Positions 51,413 through 62,432 of a stretch of 64,000 nucleotides of DNA are shown here, one piece after another. The stretch spans positions 30,256,001 to 30,320,000 of the forward strand of contig NC_043016.1 in the NCBI RefSeq assembly GCF_006345805.1. Direction: 5' to 3'. The translations under genes were made by a program, and so were the position numbers. Source of the DNA: Octopus sinensis. Taxonomy: Eukaryota. The notes beneath the pieces are model-generated. The model was not told the origin of the DNA, made no database searches, and saw only the letters and a list, made by a program, of their open reading frames with translations. Each line of letters opens with the position of its first letter. Position 1 is the stretch's first letter.

Positions 51413-51706
51413 TCTTTTACTCTTTTACTTGCTTCAGTCATTTGACTGTGGCCATACTGGAGCACCGCCTTTAGTTGAGCAAATCGACCCCAGGTTTGGT
51501 TGTCAAATGATGTTGGGGGAACACACACACACATACATATATATATACATACGACCGGCTTCTTTCAGTTTCTGTCTACCAAATCCACTCACAACGCTTT
51601 GGTCGGCCCAAGGCTATAGTAGAAGACACTTGCCCAAGGTGCCATGCAGTGGGACTGTACCCGGAACCATGTTGTTGGTAAGCAAGCTACTTACCATACA
51701 GCCATT
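51413..51706 (-). mobile_element. SINE family A, internally deleted
   Basis: Tail and head present; part of the 3' body is missing. Confidence 0.8.
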
Positions 51707-51784
51707 GCAGATAAATTTTAACAACAAAATTTTACATGGACCTTGGTTGAGAATCTAGATGATTCTGCTGACTATATAAATGTT

Positions 51785-52176
51785 CATTATTTACGCTATT
51801 TACATTTAACAGATATTTGTCTTCATCTTGTTTGTGGTTAACACAACGTTTCGGCTGATACACCCTCCAGCCTTAATCAGGTGTCTTGGGGAAATTTCGA
51901 ACCTGGTTTCTCATTCCTAAGATATTTTTCGATATTATTATTAATATTATTATTATTGTTATTATTATTATTATTATTATTGAGGTCAACTCTTGGAATT
52001 GAACTCGGCATCTTGGGGTTAGTAGCCTGCACTCTTAACCACTACGCCATATGCCTGCACTACACCATATGCTCACAGGCATATGGCTTAGTGGTTAAGA
52101 GCATGGGCTACTAACCCCAAGATTCCAAGTTCGATTCCAAGCAGTGACCTCAATAATAATAATAATAATGATGATG

Positions 52177-52209
<33 letters not shown>

Positions 52210-52373
52210 TCAAAAAATACCCTAGGAATGAGAACCCAGGTTTGAAATTACCCCAAGACACCTGATGGAGGGTATATCAGCCGAAATATTGTGTTAACAA
52301 CAAACAAGATGAGGCAAATATCTGTCAAATATAAATAATGTACAAAATTCCTCATCTCTTAAATATGGAACTG
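51785..52373. mobile_element. Head-to-head inverted dimer of a tRNA-derived SINE with a hammerhead-bearing tail
   Basis: 51785-52057 is the reverse complement of 52076-52340. A box TGGCTTAGTGG and B box GTTCGATTCC, (AAT)n, then a tail. Flanked by direct repeat TATATAAATGTT (51773-84, 52374-85). Confidence 0.85.
51841..51885 (-). ncRNA. Minimal type I hammerhead ribozyme motif (one core substitution)
   Basis: GACAC CTGATTA A GGCTG-gagggtgtat-CAGCC GAAA CGT T GTGTT: stem I 5 bp, stem II 5 bp, palindromic ACGT at stem III; core reads CUGAUUA instead of CUGAUGA. Confidence 0.65.
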
Positions 52374-52920
52374 TATATAAATGTTGTTTACATATAAATC
52401 AACCAGATGTTTATCATAATATATCATGCTGCAGTATTGTTGTCTATCGGTCTTTCACATCTATTTACAGCTACAAAGTATTTATATATATATCAAATAA
52501 CTAGAAATTTATCATCACCACTTCTTTCACTTTCAAACTTCAATCCCTACCTCTTTTAAGATGTGAGTAGCCATGTTGCTCCTCTACTGCAAGAAGCCTG
52601 ATCTGCTCAAGTCTTTTTTCTCTACTCCTTATTCTCCTAGAACAAAGTTCTCCCTCCCCAAGTGAGAAGGGAGAACTTTATGAAGAACTTGGAGTTTATA
52701 GTCTTGCAAGTTGCATAGTGACCTCACTAGTGCAGGTAGCATGTAAACAAAAAGCACCTAGTACATGCTACTCTAAAATGTTAGTAGCCATGTTGCTCCT
52801 CTACTACAAGAAACCTGTTGTACTCCAGCCCTTTTTCTCTTGTACAGTACTCCTTAATCTCCAAGCATAAAGTTCTCCCTCCCCTACTTGGGGTTTGTGG
52901 TCATGCAAGCTGCATAGTGA

Positions 52921-53408
52921 AGGTGCAGGAGTGGCTGTTTGGTAAGTAGCTTGCTTACCAACCACATGGTTCCGGGTTCATTCCCACTGCGTGGCACCTT
53001 GGGCAAATGTCTTCTGCTATAGCCTCGGGCTGACCAAAGCCTTGTGAGTGGATTTGGTAGACGGAAACTGAAAGAAGCCTGTCATATATATGTATATCAC
53101 TGTCACCATGACCGACCAAGCTATCAGATGTTGCTACACATCGCTGGTCACAATGCGCTTCGCATTGTTTTAGCCTTCAAATGACGCCACCCCGCTGGCT
53201 AAGCGAGCAGGCCAACAGAAGAAGGAGTGAGAGAAAGTTGTGGTGAAAGAGTACAGCAGGGATCGCCACCCCCCTCCCTGCCGGAGCCTCGTGGAGCTTT
53301 AGGTGTTTTCGCTCAATAAACACTCACAACGCCTGGTCTGGGAATCGAAATCACGATCCTATGACTGTGAGTCTGCTGCCCTAACCACTAGGCCATTGCG
53401 CCTCCACA

Positions 53409-53489
<81 letters not shown>

Positions 53490-53697
53490 GTTTGTGTGTC
53501 TGTGTTTGTCCTCCACAACATCGCTTGACAACCGATGCTGGTGTGTTTACGTCCCCGTAACTTAGCGTTTCAGCAAAAAGAGACCGATAGAATAAGTACT
53601 AGGCTTCCAAAGCGTAAGTCTTGGGGGTCGATTTGCTCGACTAAAGGTGGTCCTCCAGCATGGCCACAGTCAAATGACTGAAGCAAGTAAAAGAGAA
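52921..53697 (+). mobile_element. SINE family A with a nested family D SINE (53098-53407, minus)
   Basis: The insert sits in the central TA repeat, flanked by ATATATGTATAT on both sides. Confidence 0.85.
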
Positions 53698-54676
53698 TCA
53701 CTAGTACCGGTGGCATGAAAAAAAAAATGCACCCATGTTGTAACGTGGTTGGTGTTAGGAAGGGAATCAAGCTGTAGAAACTATGCCAAAGTCCTTCGCC
53801 CTATCATATCTTTGGAGTCCTTGGGCCTATCATATCACAATACAGTCCTTGGGTCTATCCTATCCCATCAAATAGTCCAATCCATGCCAATATGGAATGT
53901 GGATGTTAAGTAGTAATGGTGGTGGTGGTGACAATGAATGGTTTATTACATCGAAATTGATCAATGGAAATTGCAGATGTGTTACCAGTGCCGGTGGCAT
54001 GTAAGAGAACTTTCCGTTTCGCGACCGTTGCCAGCACCGCCCCGTTTTGTGTCCGTTGCCAGCCTCGCCTGGCCCTCGTGCCGGTGGCACATAAAAAGCA
54101 CCATCCGTTCATGGCCGTTTGCCAGCTCTGTCTGGCACCTGTGCGGGTGGCACGTAAAAAGCACCCACTACACTCTCGGAGTGGTTGGCGTTAGGAAGGG
54201 CATCCAGCCGTAGAAACACTGCCAGATTTGACTGGGCCTGATGAGCCTTCTGGCTTCACAGACCCCAGTAGAACCGTCCAACCCATGCTAGCATGGAAAA
54301 CGGACGCTAAACGATGATGATGATGATGATTTCTTCCAATCCTCTTTGTATCTGCTATTGTTCCTGCTAACACCAATCCTCCACCAACTCCTCCACCATC
54401 TCCAAACAGTCACGCTGCATCTCATTACAGTTTGTCAATGCATATCGATGCGTGTGATACGGCATGGTATTCAGCTGTTCATACCAACAGTTTGTATCGA
54501 CTGTGGTTTGGTTAAATATCTGAATACCACAAGGCTGTTCAATGAGAGCTGAGCCATGGCAACTTAACAACAACAATCATATTACTTTTGCAAATAAAAC
54601 ATACTGGCTAAAAATTCTTCATGGAGGTGTCTCAGCATGATTGCAGTCAAATGACTGAAACAAGTAAAAGGTAATA

Positions 54677-55385
54677 TATGTATGCATGTATGTATGTATG
54701 TATGTATGTATGTATGTATGTATGTATGTATGTATGTATGTATGTATGTATGTATGTATGTATGTATGTATGTGTATGAGTGTATGTATGTATGTGTGTA
54801 TGTTGTATATATGTGTGTGTATGTATGTATGCATGCATGTATGTATGTATGTATGTGTATGAGTGTATGTATGTATGTGTTTGTATGTGTGTATGTATGT
54901 ATGTATGTGTGTGTATGTATATATGTATGTATGTAAGTATGTATGTATGTATGTATGTATGTATGTGTATGAGTGTATGTATGTATGTGTGTATGTATGT
55001 ATATATGTGTGTGTATGTATGTATGCATGCATGTATGTATGTATGTTGTGTATGAGTGTATGTATGTATGTGTTTGTATGTGTGTATGTATGTATGTATG
55101 TGTGTGTATGTATATATGTATGTATGTATGTATGCTTGTATGTATGTATGTATGTATGTATGAGTGTATGTATGTATGGATGTCTGTATGTATGTATGTG
55201 TGTGTATGTATGTATGTATGTATGTATGTATGTATGTATGTATGTATGTATATTTGTGTATATGTGTGTATGTATGTATGCATATATTTATGTATGCATA
55301 TATTTATGTATTCATATATTTATGTATGTTGTATGTGTTTGTGTCTGTGTATATTTGCATGTATATATATATATATATATATAAC
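54677..55385. repeat. Degenerate (TATG)n microsatellite with internal block duplication
   Basis: Directly visible; the block GAGTGTATG..GTGTTTGTATG.. recurs at about 54861 and 55064. Confidence 0.95.
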
Positions 55386-55898
55386 TTAATTGTCACTAAT
55401 AGTGACTGATGGTGCAAGTGTATGGAACTGTGCTTCCTTGCAGCTAAGGGTTTGTTTATTCTCATTTCTAGCAATGTAGGTGCTACCCTGCTCTGCCAGT
55501 CAAAATCAGTGACATTTGAATTATATTGTGTATAGCCGTCTTCATTATTTTATATATATGTATGTACATACATACATACTTATAAATATGTGTATGTATA
55601 CATCTATGTGTGTGTTTGTGTTGTATTTGTCCCTACCAGAAACCAATAGAATAATTATCAGGCTTAACAATAAATATTGAAGTTGGTTTTTTTCAACTGA
55701 ACTCTTAAAAGTGGTGCCCCAGCATGGCCACAGTCCAATAGCTGAAAGGGTAAAAGGTACACAAACAAATAAATAGATAAACAAAAGTAACAGTAATTGA
55801 TTTCAAGGATGTTTTTTCTTTCAAATCATGATTATTGACAAACAAATTTCAATCAATAACAATGATGCATAATATCTCTCACAAATTAATATTTGCAG

Positions 55899-56018
55899 GC
55901 TGCAGAGTCGGAATAAAGAGCTCAAAGAATCCAGAACGCATTTGAAAAGACTGGAAGCGGATATTGATGATCTTAACAAAGAAATTTCTCTTCTTTCTTC
56001 TGCTAATAATGGCTACAA
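55899..56018 (+). CDS. LEKR1: LEKR1-like, next coding exon (120 nt, phase 2 to 2)
   Basis: ATTTGCAG acceptor, AA|GTAAGT donor. CA+G completes Gln, then reads open: LQSRNKELKESRTHLKRLEADIDDLNKEISLLSSANNGY(K), coiled-coil-like. Confidence 0.85.
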
Positions 56019-56324
56019 GTAAGTAAACTTTATGTGGCATCAACTTTCATTCTCCAGGCTTATCGGGTCTGTTCTCTTTTATCTTCTGCCTTTTACCTGC
56101 TCACTTCATTAGGCGCAGGAGTGGGTGTGTGGTAAGTAGCTTGCTTACCAACCACATGGTTCCGGGTTCAGTCCCGCTGCGTGGCACTTTGAGCAAGTGT
56201 CTTCCACTATAGCATCAGGCTATATCGCCATGTTGATTCGCTAGCTTCTGCACGCATATTTTTTTTCTCTCCTTCTTTCTGTATTTTTTTTCTCTCCTTC
56301 TTTCTGTGTTTTTTTCTCTGTGTA

Positions 56325-56362
56325 TCTTTCTGTTGAAGAGCGTAGGCTCGAAACGTTAAAGA
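56325..56362 (+). ncRNA. Minimal hammerhead-like motif in a Penelope-like terminal repeat fragment
   Basis: TCTTT CTGTTGA A GAGC-gtag-GCTC GAAA CGT T AAAGA: perfect stems I and II, ACGT palindrome; core CUGUUGA is non-canonical. Confidence 0.6.
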
Positions 56363-56736
56363 CTTGTTTTATTTATATTTCCTGAGCGCCATACTAATAC
56401 AATTGTTTGTTTGTATTCCACCTGCCTTCGTCTTTTGTTTATTTCCATAAACCTGCCTTCGACTTTTGTCTATTTTCATAAAGCTTCCCGTTATATATAT
56501 TTATATATATATATAGCAAGAGAGAGAGAGAGAGAGAGAGGGAGAGAAAGAGAGATAATGATGCAGATAAATAAATAAGCTGTTTCTGGAGACTCAGAAT
56601 TACATGATAATGTTGGCAAATGGAGTTTGCACACATTCAAAAATATGGAACGAATATATATATATGTATATGTATATATATGTGTTTATATATATATATA
56701 ACAATAGAGGGTGTGTATTTCCATGTATGATAAAAT

Positions 56737-56960
56737 ATAGGCAAATTTGTTGTTGAAAATGCACCAAAATATGAAAAACTTGTAATTGTCTTTAAATGAA
56801 TTTACTTAGAAATATACCAAACTAGTTTCAACAATATTTTTTGATTATCAATGGGAAAAATACTGTTGAAACTAGTTTGGTATATATGTAAGTAAATTTA
56901 TTTAAAAACAATTACAAGTTTTTCAAATTTAGATGCATTTTCAACAACAAATTTGCCTAT
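56737..56960. repeat. Near-perfect foldback palindrome (MITE-like)
   Basis: Arms of about 105 nt (ATAGGCAAATTTG...TATTTTT and its reverse complement), about 8 mismatches by manual alignment, spacer of about 14 nt. Confidence 0.9.
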
Positions 56961-57444
56961 GTATATATGAGTGTGTATATACACATACACACAGAGGCTT
57001 CTTTCAGTTTCCATCTACCAAATCCACTCACAAGGCTTTGGTCACCCTGAGGCTATAGTAGAAGAAACTTGCTCAAGGTGCCACATGTGGGAATGAACCT
57101 AGAACCATGTGGTTCGGAAACAAACTTCTTAACTACACAGCTACACCTTTATTTCTGAAATAAGGAGGATTAATCAGAATATTTTTATATTTTATTCTGT
57201 TGTGCCTGAGGAGAGTCATTCTCTTTTAGTTTTGTATAATTTAACACACACACCGGTAAAATTTCCACTTATTCCTTTTTTATTTTTCTAAAATTTTCAT
57301 TGTGTCTTGCAACCTTTTCAATAGTCTTGACTCTGTCTGTTATTTACACTATGTTACTTTTTGTTTGTTTGTGCATATGTGTGTGGGTCAGTGTGTATGT
57401 GTGTGTACCTATGCATGCATGTATGTATGTATAGTGTGCAGTAT

Positions 57445-58515
57445 AGTTTACCAAATATCTATGTGAATGGTAAATGACTTGATGTATTCGATCAGTTTGT
57501 CTACCTGGGAAGCACTATTAATAGATATGGCAATATGGATGATGAAATTCCATATAGAATTAGGAAAGCTTTGCGGAAGGCTAGAAAAGCACCTCTGGAG
57601 TCGGCGAGACATATGCAGAAAGACAAAGATAAAGGTGTACAAGGCATGTGTGCTCCCTTCTCTTCTCTATGCTTGCGAGACGTGGGTCACATATCAATAC
57701 CACCATAAACAACTGGAACGTTTCCATCAGATGTGCCTCAGACGGATCTATGGCATTAAGTGGAAGGACCGCATCAGTGATCTTGAAATACTTGAAGGCT
57801 CTCAGTGTGAAAGTATACAAGCTCTTGTGTTAAAGCAAAGGCTCAGATGGAGTGGTCATCTGGTCAGAATGAAGGATTCAAGGATGCCAAAATAACTCTT
57901 TTATGGAGAGTTAGCTAAAGGAGAACGACCTCCACATAAACCAAAAAAGAGGTATAAGGACTTGCTGAAGGTTTCCTTAAGAGATGCTTGCATCTCTCCT
58001 GACATATGGGAAGGCATAGCTATTGATTGTAGCAGGTGGAGAAGGATTGTGCATGAGGGGACAGCCACTTTTGAGAAATCTCGAGTTGCACATGAGAAAG
58101 TAAGGAGGGATGTCAGGAAGGGTATCGCTGTTACACTTCCAGAAGGGAAGGGTCTTCCTTTGATTCTGACATGCAATGTCTGTGCAAGACCCTGCCTCAG
58201 TAAAGCTGGACTCATGAGTCATCTTTGTAGTCATAAAACAAGACAGATGAGTGACAACTTGGCTACTGGTGGTGGTGTAACACACCATACTAATCATATC
58301 TGTTGGGCATGTGGAAGAGAGTGTAATTCGGCAGGAGGACTTAAATGACATGCAAAGGTACATGAAGCCCAGTTACAACTACAACCGGCTATTACCGGTA
58401 AAGGTTTTAGTTGCCAATTCTGTACAAGACATTGTAGATCTTTAGCTGGGCTAAAAAGTCACATTCGATCACAGCACCAGTAACAGTTAAGCTTCGTGCA
58501 ATGGCCATACTCGAT
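57445..58515 (+). mobile_element. 5'-truncated RTE-clade LINE, 3' kilobase, with three C-terminal C2H2 fingers and an (ATGT)n tail
   Basis: FVYLGSTI, KTKIKVYKACVLPSLLYACETW, RLRWSGHLVRM..RMPK, LFYGEL..G.R..KPKKRYKD, then three CxxC..H..H motifs. Stop at 58481-83; two internal stops and a frameshift. Confidence 0.9.
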
Positions 58516-58974
58516 AACGAGGGGGCAGCCATAATGTATGTATGTATGTATGTATATATGTATGTATGCATGTGTGTATGCATGTATGTGTGTGTATATA
58601 TGTATGTTTGTGTTCATATTTGTATGTATGTATTCTGCATTCATGTTTTTGAATGTCTGTTTGTGTGTGTTTTTATGTATGTGTGTGGTGTGTGTTTATA
58701 TATGTGTGTGTGTACCTCTGTCTCCTTGGTGTGCATGTCTGAGTCTGTGTGTTTTGCATACTGTGTTTGTATGTATGGAGTATGGATGTGCATCTCCATA
58801 TGTGTCCTTGTGTGAAGTAAAGTGTGTATATATATATGGTCATGTGTTTCAGTCTCTATTTGTGTATGTGTGCATATGTGTGCTTGTCTGTTCATATAAC
58901 GTATGTACCTATCCATCTGTATGTTGATCTGTTTACTTTCATATCCATAAGCTTATATACATGTGCATATACAT

Positions 58975-59043
<69 letters not shown>

Positions 59044-59054
59044 ATATATATATA

Positions 59055-59086
<32 letters not shown>

Positions 59087-59099
59087 GTATATATATATT

Positions 59100-59680
59100 G
59101 TTAAACCTCGCTAAGATAAATATTTCAATTACCTGAAGTTTGACTGTAACCATAACTCAAATTATTACGAATTGGACAGCCATGAAGCGATCATAGTGTT
59201 TTACTCATTATCTTTTATTAAACTTTTAATAATTTTGATATATATTTAAAATAATATAAATTAATTAATTTTATGTATTGGCTTATGTTTTTCATTGTTT
59301 GATTTGCCTAATAGTGGTTTTATCTCTAATTTAATATAATATATATATATATATATATACATACACCTACATACACACACACACACACTTACATATATCT
59401 ATCTACATAAAAGCCCACTAACTATTCTACTCTACCTGTTTAAACTGTGGTTTTGGGGGTGTAATATCTACTATGTATATTTCCTATTCAGTATTGGGTA
59501 AGTTTCGTTTATGAGGATGTACACCTGTATTTGTCTGAGTGTTGGGTCTATTTGGTGCTTGGATAAGATTTCCCAGTCATGTTGCATTCCGTTATGAAAA
59601 GCTGAGAGCAAGGAGGATGGTCAATGGGTTGTGCTTTATTATATGAATGAAAGGGCTCAGATTTAATGATAGTTTATAGG
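59100..59680 (-). mobile_element. Penelope-like element remnant (GIY-YIG C-terminus plus terminal repeat)
   Basis: Minus-strand SSLLSAFHNGMQHDWEILSKHQIDPTLRQIQVYILINETYPILNRKYT* resembles PLE endonuclease C-termini. The AT-rich terminal part recurs almost identically at 1-90. Confidence 0.55.
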
Positions 59681-59841
59681 TAATGTGATGATGATGATGA
59701 TGATGATGATGATGACGTGGGATTATTGGCAACATGAGTGTGTGGCTCTGATGCCTTTCTTCAAAACATGAGTGATGGAACTTATTCTCTCTCTATAATG
59801 AAATACATACTACTCATACGTATGTACTTTATCTTTGACAG

Positions 59842-60017
59842 GAATGAAAACAGCCAGACTAAATCAAAACTGAAAACTATTGTAAAATGTCTGCAAAGTC
59901 TAAAGACAGAATTTGTTAATATTTCTGATATAGCAGAAGAAAATAAGAAGTATGCCAACCAAAAAGTTAAAGAATTCAGGAGCTATCATCAACAAATTAT
60001 TGCTGCTCATCAAACAG
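59842..60017 (+). CDS. LEKR1: LEKR1-like, next coding exon (176 nt, phase 2 to 1)
   Basis: CTTTATCTTTGACAG acceptor, CAG|GTATTT donor. Open and in phase with the previous exon: NENSQTKSKLKTIVKCLQSLKTEFVNISDIAEENKKYANQKVKEFRSYHQQIIAAHQT. Confidence 0.85.
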
Positions 60018-60239
60018 GTATTTCATTACCATTCTGATTAGCACCACCATAATCAACATTGATTTCATTGATAACATGCGGCGCTTCTGCATGGGGGCTC
60101 AGTCTGATAGACATAGCAGTTAAATCTACTCTTAGGTCACATACTGCTGCTTTGTGTGCTTTGTCTGGTCGTGGCTGGAAGACTTTTTATCATAGGCCTC
60201 TTAGATCATGGAGTTAAACACATCAATAATTACAACATT

Positions 60240-60273
60240 GTCTTCCTCCTCCTCCTCCTCCTCCTCCTCCTCC

Positions 60274-60316
<43 letters not shown>

Positions 60317-60600
60317 TGTCACCACCACCGCCACCGCCACCATCATCTTTATTACGGCCATCACCTCAACTGTCACTATCACCATTACCAACTCCTCCAT
60401 CCACCACCACTGCCCGAAGCTCCACTATCATCATCAATACCACCACCACCACCATCATCATCTTCATCATCGCCATCACCACTACCATACCTCTACCACC
60501 ACATCCATCCATCACTACCATCACCATCACCACCACCACCACCACCACCACCACCACCACCACAACCTCCACTATTATCAATACCATCAACACCAGCATC
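60240..60600. repeat. Trinucleotide low-complexity tract (TCC/TCA/CCA)
   Basis: Directly visible; similar tracts at 735-960, 41340-41555 and 48300-48380. Confidence 0.9.
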
Positions 60601-60607
60601 AGCACTG

Positions 60608-60802
60608 TCGCGGATCCGCGGAATAAGCTGCCAGACGAGATAGTGAAGATGCCGACGACCGCTCGGTTCAAAGTCTCTCTTGACTAGAAATGGCCTAAAC
60701 TCTTTGCATGAACATCCTCCCTGTACATAACTTCATGTCCCCCTACATGGCCTTTGCTTTTTGCTTTTTGAACCAAAAAATTAACTTAACTTAACTTAAC
60801 TT
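60608..60802 (+). mobile_element. CR1-type LINE extreme 3' end
   Basis: NKLPDEIVKMPTTARFKVSLD, short UTR, (TTAAC)n tail at about 60781-60802. Confidence 0.75.
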
Positions 60803-61050
60803 CATCGTGAACATCATTTTGATATTTCATTCATCACTGCTAGTACCTTTCTCTGACCATTTTACCATTCTTTAATGCCATGAGTTATTTATGCAATCGG
60901 TTAAAGTTTAGATCGGACATGGAATTGCTTGGTAAAAACTGTGTTCCAGAACAAAATAGATTAAAAAGTAAGTCGTTCTTATAACATAAATGTTTCTTCC
61001 AAAAGTCTATATTTAATTTTCTTTTTATCTCTTAATTTATTACATCTCAG

Positions 61051-61236
61051 ATCTTCAGCAAATGAAGCTGAAGAATGTTTCCTTGGGGAAAGAAAATAAC
61101 GAGTTATTGAAATTGAAGGAGAATTATTTAAAAATTGAAAAAGATAGTCATGTTTTTAAGAGAAATGCTTACCTTGCTGATCAGAAACTGAAGAATTTAG
61201 AGAATGCCAACCAATTGAATAAACAGAGAATCAGAG
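61051..61236 (+). CDS. LEKR1: LEKR1-like, next coding exon (186 nt, phase 1 to 1); gene continues beyond the window
   Basis: TTATTACATCTCAG acceptor, GAG|GTATGG donor. Open and in phase: DLQQMKLKNVSLGKENNELLKLKENYLKIEKDSHVFKRNAYLADQKLKNLENANQLNKQRIR. No stop and no further convincing exon before 64000. Confidence 0.85.
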
Positions 61237-62432
61237 GTATGGATTAAGAAATATTCCTTAGTTCTTGTTAATGCTGTTCTATAGAAACCATTGATAGAAA
61301 TGGGTTTAGGAACTTGGGGTATGCTGAGTCTGATGTTTGGTACACTCACATTCAAAGAATATGGGCCACTGCCTTTGGTTCTGTAGAATATTTAAGAAAT
61401 GTCTTTCATGTTTTTTTTTTTATCATTTGTCTTTTACTTGTTTCAGTCATTGGACTGTGGCCATGCTGGGGCATTGCTTTGTAGTGATTTTAGTCAAACA
61501 GATCAACTCCAGTATTTGTTTTTTTATAAAGCCTAGCACATAACTGCCAAGTTATCGGTATGTAAACAAACCACCGTCAGTTGTCAAGCACCAGTAGATG
61601 ACAAAGACACACACACACAAACACACACACACACACACACAAACAAACTCATATATTTAGAAGGTTGTTGGTTATGGCTGATCAGAGAGTGACCATTAGT
61701 TTTGTAACTATAAAGTGCTTAAGAGACTCATCAGACTCAAATGGCTGGAAGCACACCTTAGTCAGACCAATCACATGATCGACCAGACTATCAGATGTTG
61801 TTATACATCACTGGTCACAGTGCACTTTGCATAATTTTAGCTTTCAAATGATGCCACCCCACCAGCTAGATGAGCAGATCAACTTCTACCCTTATCAGAA
61901 AGCCAGTCCCTAACAGAGTTTCCCACCATTTACAGCTGAGTGGACCGGATCAACATAAAATGAAGTGTCTTGCTCAAGAACACAATGCAGGGCTCTGTTT
62001 GGAAAGTGAACCCATGATCTGGTGATTTATCATATATATATATACACATACAATTGACTTCTTTCATTGGACTAGATATGTGGTAGAAGAAGCCCAAGGT
62101 GTCACACAGTGGGAATGAACCTGAAACCATGTGGTTGGGAAACAAACTTCTTAACCACACAGCAATGCCTCTGCCTACATATATTTCTTTTTTTTTTCTT
62201 TGTCGTGTTTTAGTCAGGAGAGAAGGCAGTGCCAGTTACCCTTTCCAGAGCCTCCGAACCTGGTGGAAGTAAAGCAGAGAGTGAGGTGTCCTCAAATTAT
62301 AAACTTGACCTCATTGATCGCTGGTAGTGGTGGTGTTAGACTGAGTGACAAATTCAGTCTGCCTCCCAAGGTGGCCATGGCAGGATTTGAACTTAGAATG
62401 CAAAAAGCTATATACAACTGAATTTGTACATA

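Noticed and set aside
54238-54258. CTGATGA-GCC-TTCT-GGC, resembling half a hammerhead
   Set aside because: No GAAA follows; other family C copies read CCTGGTGCAGCC here, so it is a chance mutation.
60156-60687. Poly-Ser/Thr/His ORFs (also 731-997, 41285-41566, 48475-48774)
   Set aside because: Trinucleotide low-complexity DNA with no splice-phase fit to the LEKR1-like gene.
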